Shown here piece by piece: positions 32,567-42,452 of a stretch of DNA of 64,000 nt (positions are counted from its first letter, which is position 1; each line of letters starts with the position of its first letter). Where the stretch lies: the NCBI GenBank assembly GCA_965218585.1, contig CBDCLE010000026.1:1-64000 (forward strand). Reading direction: 5' to 3'. The stretch is from Terriglobia bacterium. Lineage in GTDB: Bacteria; Acidobacteriota; Terriglobia; 20CM-2-55-15. The notes beneath the pieces were generated by a model. That model was not told the DNA's origin. It saw only the letters and a list, made by a program, of their open reading frames with translations, and did no database searches. A program made the position numbers and the translations under genes.

Positions 32567-33325
32567 CTACTCCGCTTCGCAAGTGGATGCCACCGAATCC
32601 ATCGTGAGCACGTTCAAGTATTCGCCGTCGAACTGGCGAACGAGTACGCCTTTCACCTCGACCTTGCGGCTGTTTAACGTCGCTGCATCCTCGAAATTCT
32701 GCAGAAAATAAGTGCCCGGGCCAGGCGGCATTTCCCTTGCGGCCGCCAGTTGTTCGCCGGTGGAAGGTGTCCTCGCGCCTCTGATCCGAACGGCGCTGGC
32801 GTCGGCAAGCGTCCAGCCCTCACCCGAGGGCACGACGCAGCCCACCACACGGAGCAGTGCCAGGTTTGGAAAAAGCTCGGGTCCGTCGAGACCGACGAGT
32901 TGGATATAGCGGGTCCCGTCCGGGGTCAGTTCCTCTCGGCCAAAGGGCAGACCCTGCTCCCACAGAATGTAGGACAAGATATCTATATAGGTGCTCTCGC
33001 CGAGAGAGCCCGGTGCGTGGGCCGGCATGCGGGTTCTCATATGGTCGAACAACGGCCCGAGCTTCGCTTCACGCCAACGGTCCAGGAAGTCGATGTCCAA
33101 AAGCGGCGGGGCGGCGTCATCGGGTTCTCCATAGACGTGACATCCTTCGCAGTTGGCGACGAACGCCTCTTCACCTCGAAATGCCTGACCCTCGGTGTAC
33201 ACACCGTCGAGGACGGTTATTTCGAATTCCCCCTGCATCCGGGCCTTGGCGGACGAGAAGCCCAACCCGACCGCCACCATCAATGTCGCGGGCAACGATG
33301 CCCGCACGATTCTCCACATGTTCAT
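32567..33325 (-). CDS. Mono-heme cytochrome c with C-terminal beta domain
   Basis: DGVYTEGQA.RG, CEGCH and MP..APGSL motifs; C-terminal VVGC...VKG...C. Confidence 0.8.
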   Translation of the reverse strand: MNMWRIVRASLPATLMVAVGLGFSSAKARMQGEFEITVLDGVYTEGQAFRGEEAFVANCEGCHVYGEPDDAAPPLLDIDFLDRWREAKLGPLFDHMRTRMPAHAPGSLGESTYIDILSYILWEQGLPFGREELTPDGTRYIQLVGLDGPELFPNLALLRVVGCVVPSGEGWTLADASAVRIRGARTPSTGEQLAAAREMPPGPGTYFLQNFEDAATLNSRKVEVKGVLVRQFDGEYLNVLTMDSVASTCEAE

Positions 33326-33523
33326 AGTCCTCGGCTCGGAACGGCCCCCGAAAGCGTCAACGAAACCCGGACGCTACTCCCCTCTGCCCCGTGTCGCCAG
33401 CTTGTCGGCTTTGTGATAGATTATGCGGCGATAATTCGTTTTGCGGCAAGCTGACTGTGTCCATGGACGTTCGAAACGCCGTTTCAGACCGTCCGTTTGA
33501 ACACGACGTAAAGGAGAGTGACG

Positions 33524-34330
33524 ATGGTTCGCGTGAGCCGGTTCTGCCTATTGCTCGTGGCGCTGGGTGTCTGGGTTCAGCCGATCGAGGCCCGTCCAGA
33601 ATTTTATCAAATCTTTCTGCAGGACCCGTTCCGAGCCGAGGACCGAGAAGGGTGTGTCACCTGTCACGTCGATCCCAACGGTGGCGGACCGCGAAACGAA
33701 TTCGGGCTCGCCTTTAACGCGGAAGGCCGGGTGATCACGCCGATGCTGCGCTCGGACTGGCCCGACCGCTTCGACGTTTTCACGATGGAGGTTGCCGGCG
33801 CTACGATCTATTTCGCCGATCCGGAAAGCCGACTGCTGGTGACCGAAGTTGACGGAGAGAAAACCCTCGTAGATCTCCTCGAGGGTGGCTACGCGGGCAT
33901 GGCAACCGAGGACGAAATTCCCGAGCGGGTCAGCAAGTTCAACTTCTTCATCACGAGCACCGGGTCCGGGAACGGAGGCGACCTCGGTGGCCTGATCGGG
34001 GCTGACCGGCATTGCCAATCGCTGGCCGAATCGGTCGGCTTTGGCGACAAGACCTGGCGCGCATACCTGAGCACTAGCGTAGACGGGGGGCCCGCTCTCA
34101 ACGCCGGCGACCGGATCGGGAGCGGCCCTTGGTACAACTCCAGGGAAGTCATGGTCGGTTGGGGCGTCTCTGACTTGCACGGGGCAGACAACCGCCTCAG
34201 CAAGGAGCTGGCGTTGAACGAAAGAGGAGAGGTGATCAACGGCGTCGGGGACACGCCGAACCAGCACGACATCCTCACCGGAACGCTGGGGGACGGGACC
34301 GCAGGCCATGGGTTCCGAAACCATCTATAA
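33524..34330 (+). pseudogene. Cytochrome c + lectin-like fusion, 3'-truncated
   Basis: CVTCH..P.GGG.RN.FG, then a paralogue of 31778 that stops after HDILTGT. Confidence 0.75.
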
Positions 34331-36149
34331 GGAAACGGGATACCGTACCAAAGGGGACGCCTCGCAGTCGGACCGCGTCGACGGTCTGCCGTTCGGCACC
34401 CGTGGCGGCATGCTGATTCGCCACTACTTTCCGGTTGACGGGGAGTACGACATCGTCTTTCAGCCCGTGCGCGACAATGTCGGCCGCATCGTGGGTGGGC
34501 CGGACGGCGAATGGTTGGAGATCACGATCGACGGCGAGCGAGTCCGGCTGTGGGATTTCAACACTGATCTTCTCACGTCGACTCAGACGGTAGAAGGCGA
34601 TTCCAATGCCGTTCGCGTCTTCGTGAAGGCCGGCACACACGAAGTCGGGGCCTCATTCCTGGCTCGGCGCTACGCCCCGACTACCGACTATCTGCGCCTC
34701 TGGGCCAACACCTCGCTTGCGGGTGAGTCCCTGGACTTCTACACGCAATTCCCCCATGTCAGCCAGATCCAGATCATCGGGCCCTTCAACCCGATGGGCG
34801 TTGCAGACAGCGCGAGCCGACGCACGATTCTGGTGTGCGAACCCGCCAGTGTTTCCGAAGAACTTGCCTGCGCGGAACAGATCATAGCCAACCTGGCAAG
34901 CCGGGCGTTCCGGCGGCCGTCCACCGACGAAGACATGGAGGCGTTGATCGGGTTCTTTACAGAAGGACGCGACAGAGGCGACTTCGAGGACGGCATCGAA
35001 CTTGCGCTGCAGCGCATCCTGTCGGACCCGGAATTTGTATACCGGACCGAAATCGATCCCCACGACGCCGCCCCCGGAGAAACCTATCCGATCACGGACC
35101 TGGAACTGGCGTCCCGGTTGTCTTTCTTTCTCTGGAGCAGCGTTCCCGACGAGGAGTTAATCCAGGTGGGGGCCGAAGGGAGACTTTCAGACCCCGATGT
35201 GCTCGAGCGGCAGGTGCGCCGCATGCTGGCCGACTCCCAGGCCGAGTCGCTGTCGACGAACTTCGGGGCCCAGTGGCTAAACCTGCGGGCCCTGCCGGGG
35301 GGCAAGGCCGCGCTGGTCTATCCGGACTTCGATGACACACTCCGTACAGCGCTTCGGACGGAAACAGAGATGTTTTTCGACAGCATTGTGCGTGAGGACC
35401 GAAGCGTGCTCGACCTGATGACGGCGGACTACACGTTTGTGAACGAACGTCTGGCCCGCCACTACGGAATCCCCGGTGTTTACGGTCCCGAGTTTCAGCG
35501 CGTCACGCTGGGTGAGGAGTTCGACGCGCGCCGCGGTTTACTGGGCAAAGGGAGCATTCTTTTAACGACCAGCGACGCGGGGCGTACTTCGCCCGTCATC
35601 CGGGGCAAGTGGATCCTGATGAATATCCTCGGCACGCTTCCGCCCGAACCTCCTCCGAACGTTCCGCTACTGGAAGAAGAAGTCGAAAACGGCCAGGTCG
35701 TCACGTCCACCCAATCCATGCGCTCGCGCATGGAGCAACACCGGGCAAATCCGGCCTGCGCCTCGTGCCACATGATCATGGACCCGATTGGTTTCGGCCT
35801 GGAAAACTTCGATGGTATCGGAATGTGGCGGAGCCGTGAGGGAGAGGAACCGGTAAACGCAACCGGCACGTTCGTCGATGGAACCCGGTTCGAAGGCCCT
35901 TCCCAGTTGCGGGCCGTGCTGATGAAGTATTCCGACCAGTTCGTCCGGACTCTGACCGAGAAGCTTCTGATATTTGCCGTCGGCCGATCGGTCGACTACA
36001 ACGACATGCCGGCCCTGCGGTCGATCGTGCGGGAAGCGGAGGCAGAAGATTACCGCTTTTCTGCGATCGTGCTGGGGATTATCAACAGTGATCTTTTCCG
36101 GCTGAACACGAAACTGGAACAGACCGAAGAGGTCGCCCTCGAGGAATAG
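34308..36149 (+). pseudogene. DUF1592-family protein #2, missing N-terminus
   Basis: Begins just before GLPFGTRGG and lacks the signal peptide, first heme and HRLN..EY; retains ELASRLSFFLW and CASCH. Confidence 0.8.
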
Positions 36150-36229
36150 CCGTAGCGGGTTGTTTCACAAAGAACTTGACTGATCTACGAAGATCAGGTG
36201 TTGTTCACAGTTAGGAGCAATAGAGAGCC

Positions 36230-37648
36230 ATGTTCATCACCAAGAAACACATTCCCCGCCGGACGTTTTTAAGGGGTGCCGGTGTGACCCTTGCACTGCC
36301 GTTGCTCGAAGCGATGCTTCCCGCACAGACTCCATCGAGGGAAACGGCGCTGGGCTCTCCGAACACGCGGTTCGTCGGGATCTTCAATCCACACGGTTGG
36401 ACTCCCTCGTACTGGGCGCCGTATACGGAAGAAGAAGCGGCGAACAAAGTCCACTACTCCGGAAACGTGACTGGCGAGAGTGGACCTTTGGTCGAGATGC
36501 CCTTCATTCACACGTCGCTGGAACCGTTCAAAGATCAGCTGTCTATTATCGCCGGGCTCGACGCCCGTTCTTCGTTTGCCCCGCTCGGCGGTAACGGTGG
36601 CTTCCACTCCCGGGCTGCGGGGTTCATGACCGGGTACCGACTGAAGAAGACGGCGGGTTCCGATGTGGACGTCGGCATGGCAACGATCGATCAGCAGATC
36701 GCTCAGAAGATCGGCCAGGAAACGTTGCTGCCGTCGATGCAGTTCGGCATCGAGGATCCCGGTGGCCAGGCGGGTATCTGTGGCTGGGGCTACGCGTGCG
36801 CCTACACGAACACGATCTCGTGGTCAGACCGCCATTCGCCGATGCCCATGGAGATCAGCCCTCAGGTGATGTTCGAGCGGATGTTCGGAGCGGGCAGCAC
36901 TCCCGAAGAGCGCGCTCTCCGACGTGCAAATCAGACCAGCGTTCTGGATTCGGTCACCCGCAAGGTGACCCGCCTGAAAGCGGACCTTACCGCCTCGGAC
37001 CGGAACAATCTGGACAGCTTCCTGGACAACGTTCGTGAGATCGAACGGCGTCTCGACATCGCAGCCAAGACCTCGGCAGCAGTGCCGACCATGGATGTGC
37101 CTTACGGTGTCCCCGAGTCTTACGACGAACACGTCAAGCTGCACTGGGACCTGATGATCGCCGCCTTCCAGGGAGACATCTCGCGGGTCAGTTCGATCAT
37201 GCTCGCGCGCGACACCAGCCCCCGGACCTACCCCGAAAGCGGCGTCCTATCGAGCAATCACGGCTCGTCGCATCACGGTGAAAACGACGAGCGGCGACTC
37301 GTGCACGCCACACTCACCCGGTATCTGTCGTCAACGGTCGCTTACTTCGTTGACAAGCTGGGGAGCACACCCGATTTGGACGGCAGCAGCCTCCTGGATA
37401 ATACCCTGATCATGTGGGGGAGCAACATGGGCAAGGCTGCAGCGCACAACCACTTCAATGCGCCCCATATGTTGATCGGTGGTGCATCGGGCCAGCACAA
37501 GGGTGGCCGTTACCTCATCCATAGAGATGGCGGACCCAGTGCGGTAAACGGCTCGAACGTCGACCTGCTGTTGACCGTCCTGGACATGTACGGAACTCAC
37601 CACGAGCGACTGCCCGAAAGCTCGAACACGACGCGCGTGGCGCTCTGA
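36230..37648 (+). CDS. DUF1552 (HXXSHH) protein #2, intact
   Basis: RRTFLRG Tat motif, YACAYTNTISW and HGSSHH motifs; AGGAG RBS. Confidence 0.9.
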   Translation: MFITKKHIPRRTFLRGAGVTLALPLLEAMLPAQTPSRETALGSPNTRFVGIFNPHGWTPSYWAPYTEEEAANKVHYSGNVTGESGPLVEMPFIHTSLEPFKDQLSIIAGLDARSSFAPLGGNGGFHSRAAGFMTGYRLKKTAGSDVDVGMATIDQQIAQKIGQETLLPSMQFGIEDPGGQAGICGWGYACAYTNTISWSDRHSPMPMEISPQVMFERMFGAGSTPEERALRRANQTSVLDSVTRKVTRLKADLTASDRNNLDSFLDNVREIERRLDIAAKTSAAVPTMDVPYGVPESYDEHVKLHWDLMIAAFQGDISRVSSIMLARDTSPRTYPESGVLSSNHGSSHHGENDERRLVHATLTRYLSSTVAYFVDKLGSTPDLDGSSLLDNTLIMWGSNMGKAAAHNHFNAPHMLIGGASGQHKGGRYLIHRDGGPSAVNGSNVDLLLTVLDMYGTHHERLPESSNTTRVAL

Positions 37649-37751
37649 GGATTCGATAGAGAGCGGCCCTTGCATCGTGGGTCAAGGCGTTCAGTATGTC
37701 GCTGCCCAACCTGACTTGCCCGAGGCTCTCGGCCGACTCGGTATCAGTCGA

Positions 37752-39962
37752 CTAGAACCGGAACGTGTAGTTGAACTTGACGCTGATATCCGCAAGCTCG
37801 GACCTGAACGAGTTGTCCTTATCCCTATCCTGCAGGCTGTGATTCAAAACAATAAAGCCTTCCTGTCCTGCAGTCGGTATCCATATGAGCCGCGTGTTGA
37901 CGCCCAGAACCTCCGAGACGTCGTCGTACTGAGTCAGGGTGATCCATGAGAGCGATGACGAAAAGTTAACCTCTGAAGTAACCGACATCAGGCGGGTAAT
38001 GAAGTCCCCCTGGGGAAGGTCGATGTCGTTCATGTCGTAGCTGAGTTCGAGGATGAAGTTCCTGGACTGGTTCCAGGTGAACTCGCCGGCGATGTTCCTG
38101 CGTGCGCCGCTGAAGAAATCCCCCCATCCATAGGTCAACCCTCCAACGAACGTACGTTGTCCTCCGGTCTCGGCGCTGAGGATCGTTTCACCGAACGAGT
38201 ACGTTCCGGTTGGAATAACGACGGCTCGGGCCGGCTCTCTGTAGATTTCAAAAGGTCGGGCGACGACTTCCTTAGTCCGGCTGTAGTGAACCTGGAACTC
38301 GTCTCCACCGGTGGTTTCAAGCTCGACGATGCGACCAAGGATGACCTGGGACTCGAGTCCGCCCCCATCCAGAAACGTCACGCGTTGTGCGTCCACTCCG
38401 GCGAAGATCGATTGCAGTGGGCCTCCACTTGTAAAGTGTGTGTATCCCGCGTCGGCGGTGATGTCCCGAATATTGGATCGGCTTACGAACCCGAGAGCTG
38501 GATTGAAGTTCGCGTCTACCTGTTTGAGATTGAACCCGCCGGCCCACTCCGAATTGTTGGGCATTCGAACCCCCAGGCCGAAGGCCGAGTCCTCGCCCTC
38601 AAGTCCCTCTGTGTCCGATTGCTGGTACCAGGCCTCGGCCTCCAGGACCCGGCCGCCTGATATGCGTGTATTCAGATAACGAAAATCGAAACCGACGACC
38701 GAGTTGTCGAGATTCGAGTTCGGATCGCCCGTCGTGACGATCGCCCCCAACGTGGATTCAGCGAGAACATTTGCCGAAACCCGTCCGACAAACACGTTGG
38801 TCGGATTTACAGACTCGAACTCACCCTGACGGATGGCGAGCGCACCAATGTTCCACCGCCCGATCCGGCCGCTGAGCTTGCCGCCAACCTCCAGGTCCAC
38901 TGGAGTGCCCCCGGGACCTAAACCAAGTCGGCGGGAGAAAAACGGCCGCGCGTTGTTCTCGCTGGAACCGGAGCTGGCCTGATTGCCATTGCCGACCCTC
39001 CCGAATTCGAACAAGTCGGCATCGTTAAGGAAGAAGTTACGCTTTTCCGGAAAAAACAGGTTGAAGCGCGTGAGGTTGACCTGCCGGTCGTCCACCTCCG
39101 TGGCCGAGAAGTCCGTATTGACTGTCAGCGAAGCGTTCAGCGAAGGCGTGACACGGTAGAAGAGATCCAAAGACGGATCGAGGTTTGACTCGCTTGTCCC
39201 CGAAGCAAAGTTTTTCAGCTCGCTCGAGGAAACCGACGGCACGATGTCCAGACCCGCCCCCTGGTCCATCCCTTCGAATCCGGTCGCGGTTCCCAGAATG
39301 CTGGGGTTGTAGGTGCGATTGCGGGAGACCCAGGCCATCTCTTCGCCCCGTCGGCGGATACCTCTTCCGAAGTTGAATCCCCAGGTGTCGATCGACGGAT
39401 CGAATGGCAGCGTCTTGAAAGGTATCTCCAACTCGGCTATCCAGCCGCTTTCAAAAACCGAGGCGGCGACATCCCAGATAACGGTCCACTCACTCTCAAA
39501 CGAGTCTACCTGTTCGTAGAGCGCGTCGTGGCGGATGCCGTTGGCATTGGTCTCGAATCGATAGCCGCCCCGGCGCGTGTTGAAGGGATCCAGGATGACG
39601 ACGAGTCGGTCGTCGCTCCCTAAGCCCTGGCCGTGTCTCATGGTGGGTGCTGCAATCCGTTCCGGTTCGCTGTCATACATTCGAGCCCCGATATAAAGGG
39701 CATCGTCGTCATAGATCAGGTAGACCTCGGTCCTCTCCGAAGGTTCGGCGCCGTCGCCGGGTCGGATCTGATGAAAGTCGTTGATAACTTCAGCCTCGTC
39801 CCAGACAGGATCGTCCAGCAGGCCGTCGATGGCGGGTGGGGAGGCAACCCTTACCACCTGGACGGATTTCCGAGCTTCGTCAGACCCAACCTGGGCAGGA
39901 CCGGAATCTGGGAACGTCAGCATGATCAGAGAGATACAAATCAAGTATGAGGTCGGTCGCAT
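37752..39962 (-). CDS. CBM9-like + DUF5916 outer-membrane protein #2
   Basis: PAIDG, NTDFSATEVD, FFPEKR and FFSRR motifs; C-terminal YTFRF beta-signal; likely start ATG 39962. Confidence 0.87.
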   Translation of the reverse strand: MRPTSYLICISLIMLTFPDSGPAQVGSDEARKSVQVVRVASPPAIDGLLDDPVWDEAEVINDFHQIRPGDGAEPSERTEVYLIYDDDALYIGARMYDSEPERIAAPTMRHGQGLGSDDRLVVILDPFNTRRGGYRFETNANGIRHDALYEQVDSFESEWTVIWDVAASVFESGWIAELEIPFKTLPFDPSIDTWGFNFGRGIRRRGEEMAWVSRNRTYNPSILGTATGFEGMDQGAGLDIVPSVSSSELKNFASGTSESNLDPSLDLFYRVTPSLNASLTVNTDFSATEVDDRQVNLTRFNLFFPEKRNFFLNDADLFEFGRVGNGNQASSGSSENNARPFFSRRLGLGPGGTPVDLEVGGKLSGRIGRWNIGALAIRQGEFESVNPTNVFVGRVSANVLAESTLGAIVTTGDPNSNLDNSVVGFDFRYLNTRISGGRVLEAEAWYQQSDTEGLEGEDSAFGLGVRMPNNSEWAGGFNLKQVDANFNPALGFVSRSNIRDITADAGYTHFTSGGPLQSIFAGVDAQRVTFLDGGGLESQVILGRIVELETTGGDEFQVHYSRTKEVVARPFEIYREPARAVVIPTGTYSFGETILSAETGGQRTFVGGLTYGWGDFFSGARRNIAGEFTWNQSRNFILELSYDMNDIDLPQGDFITRLMSVTSEVNFSSSLSWITLTQYDDVSEVLGVNTRLIWIPTAGQEGFIVLNHSLQDRDKDNSFRSELADISVKFNYTFRF

Positions 39963-40081
39963 GACGGAAAGTATAGGGGGAGAGGCGCGAGGTTTGCCAT
40001 GGCTGAAATCTGGCGGTCCACGGCAAAGGACGGACATCTTTAACCGTATCCGGTTATTCTAGTGTCCTGTAACAGTTCTAG

Positions 40082-41818
40082 CCCGCATGTTTCACCAGTC
40101 CGGCGATCAGGGGGATTTGGGCAGTAAGAATCGGATTCGGGAGGATCTGGGTTCGAATTGGGCATGTGTGGCGTGACTCGGCGGTGTCGACAAGCGGGAG
40201 TTGCTGCGTTTTCGGGTTCAGAAGAGGGTGACGAAACGCACTGAGACAAACCTCGGCGGAGCCGAAAAGAGCGAGTCGATTTTGGCGCAGGGGATCGGGT
40301 CGGTTCTCAGCAGCGCAGAGGAAGCGCCTGCAGGTTTCGATGGACGAGGGCAAAGACCTCGGCGTAGGGATAGGCTTCCGACATGGAGATCCAGATGTTG
40401 CGAACCGTCAGACGGACTTGAGCTCCGATCTTGAGGAGCTTCAAGCGGATCGTCTGGCACTGAGCGCGGGCCAGATCGGTATTCTTCAGTCCCAGACGGC
40501 GTAACGCGTGCAGGAGCATGTAGGCGGCCGAGGACAGATAGAGCCGGAGTTGATTGGCGCGCATGGTTGCCGCGCTGGTCCGGTCGGCGAATAGATCCAA
40601 CTGCTGTTCCTTGATGCGATTTTCCATGTCGCCCCGCGCACAGTAAAAGTCTTCATAGAGGGCGCGGGCGTCCAGGCGTTCCGGCGACAGTGAGGTCACA
40701 ACGAATCGAGGATTGGCGCCTTTCTCCAGGAACTCGGCCTTGCCGATGACGCGTCGGGTGCAGGTCCAGCTCTTCCGAGTGCGATACCGGAAATCGTTAA
40801 ACACCCGCGCCGGTTTCCCGGTGTCGTTAAACTCGGCTTCGGCCTGACTCATCGATTCAGCGATCTCGCGCTTGAGCCGATCGTTCTTGGCCAGACCCAC
40901 CACGTAATCGACCTGGTGGGCCTCGCACCAACTCAGCAATTCATCCCGGCAAAAGCCCGAGTCGGCCCGGATGATAATCGACACCTCCGGCCAGCTCTGC
41001 CGGATCTGGCCGATGATGCGGTTCAATTCCTCGACGGCGCCGTCCGCACCGTCGACATTGGAGCACCGCAACCGGGCGCATAGCAGATGCTCTCCCGAAA
41101 AGATGTAGAGCGGCAGATAACAGTAGTTGCCGTAGTAGCCGTGAAAGAACCGTCCTTCCTGATGGCCATGGATCGGATCATCGGTCGCATCCAGGTCCAG
41201 AACAATCTCCTCGGGCGCCGATCCGTGAGCCGCCACAAATGCATCCACCATCCAGCGGTCGATCTTGTCCGGGTCCATGGCAATCTTCTTGTACCGCTCC
41301 TTCCCATCGACTTGCTCCCCGGTCAGTTCCAACCGGTTCAGCGTACACTTGCCCGCCAACGCTTTTCCCCGGTCTCGGGCCTGCCGCCGCTTCTCCCCCA
41401 GTGGATCGGCCTTATCCACCGCCACGGCCAGCATCGGATCGGTCCGCAGTTGGTCATGATCGTTCAGATCCTCGTAGCCCAGACAGAGTCCGTAGACGCG
41501 CTGCCCCAATAACTCGCTCACCGTGTGTTCGATCAACCTCGCGTCCCGGTAATCCCTGAAACACTCGGCCAGTCCGGCGATCAGACCCGTTCGCTTTTCC
41601 ACTTCCCTCAACAGCAGAACCCCAGCGTCGGAGGTGATCTTTCCGCCGTCAAAACGCGCCTTCACTTTTCGTTGAAGAAGTCCGTGAAATTCGAACGTCG
41701 TTTGGTTACACTCTGTTCTCATAAGGGCCGTCTCCGTTTGGCTTGTTAAACGTTTATTTCAAAACGCTTTATGCCAGACAGGGCGGCCTTTTCTGGTCCT
41801 ATCGGTGAAATATGCGGG
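40082..41818 (-). mobile_element. IS1380-family element, copy 2, complete (1737 bp), CTAG TSD
   Basis: IRs CCCGCATGTTTCACC / GGTGAAATATGCGGG; CTAG at 40078-40081 and 41819-41822. Confidence 0.96.
40307..41722 (-). CDS. IS1380-family transposase
   Basis: 471 aa with the same DDE motifs as copy 1. Confidence 0.96.
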   Translation of the reverse strand: MRTECNQTTFEFHGLLQRKVKARFDGGKITSDAGVLLLREVEKRTGLIAGLAECFRDYRDARLIEHTVSELLGQRVYGLCLGYEDLNDHDQLRTDPMLAVAVDKADPLGEKRRQARDRGKALAGKCTLNRLELTGEQVDGKERYKKIAMDPDKIDRWMVDAFVAAHGSAPEEIVLDLDATDDPIHGHQEGRFFHGYYGNYCYLPLYIFSGEHLLCARLRCSNVDGADGAVEELNRIIGQIRQSWPEVSIIIRADSGFCRDELLSWCEAHQVDYVVGLAKNDRLKREIAESMSQAEAEFNDTGKPARVFNDFRYRTRKSWTCTRRVIGKAEFLEKGANPRFVVTSLSPERLDARALYEDFYCARGDMENRIKEQQLDLFADRTSAATMRANQLRLYLSSAAYMLLHALRRLGLKNTDLARAQCQTIRLKLLKIGAQVRLTVRNIWISMSEAYPYAEVFALVHRNLQALPLRC

Positions 41819-41865
41819 CTAGTGTTAACCCAACAGAGAGTTAAGAGTTGAGGCGTAGCGATCCA

Positions 41866-42327
41866 ATGAAAGAAATGCGAATGATATTGAGACATTTTCT
41901 GGCCGGTCTGTCATATCGAACACGGAAAGCTCTCCGCGATGCCCCGGAGGACTTCGGCTCCTTCAGTGCAGGCAATGGCAGTCGAACTCCGGTCGAGCTC
42001 ATGAACCATATGAACGGTGTGATCGGATGGGCCCGCACGTTCCTGATCGGCGGCAATTACGAGCCCGAACCCGCAAGCGACCTCAAGACCGAAACCGCCC
42101 GTTTCGACGAGTTGCTCTACAGCCTGTCCAGCGATCTTGAGACCGACTTGCCGTTGCGAAACATTACGCACGAGCAACTCCTCCATGGACCGCTCTCCGA
42201 TGCGATGACGCACGCAGGTCAGCTGGCCTTCCTCAGGCGACTTGCCGGGAACCCGATCGAACCGGAGAACTTCGTCAAGGCCAATATCCAGACACGTAAC
42301 CTCGGCGCCGGCCAAACCTCAGGCTGA
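41866..42327 (+). CDS. DinB-like protein
   Basis: RTP.EL.NHM and DAMTHAGQL..LRR motifs. Confidence 0.7.
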   Translation: MKEMRMILRHFLAGLSYRTRKALRDAPEDFGSFSAGNGSRTPVELMNHMNGVIGWARTFLIGGNYEPEPASDLKTETARFDELLYSLSSDLETDLPLRNITHEQLLHGPLSDAMTHAGQLAFLRRLAGNPIEPENFVKANIQTRNLGAGQTSG

Positions 42328-42452
42328 GGCCATCGTCAGCCAGCGTATCCCTCCCAGCGTACGGCGGGATCGAGCCGTGCTAGTATCAATTACTCACGAA
42401 CAAACTTATGAGCGTCGCGGTTTTCTCCCGGGCGCCGGAACCGAGTGCGAAC

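Noticed and set aside
40059-40077. CTAGTGTCCTGTAACAG as the end of another IS
   Set aside because: Too short, and no partner end or transposase is present in the window.
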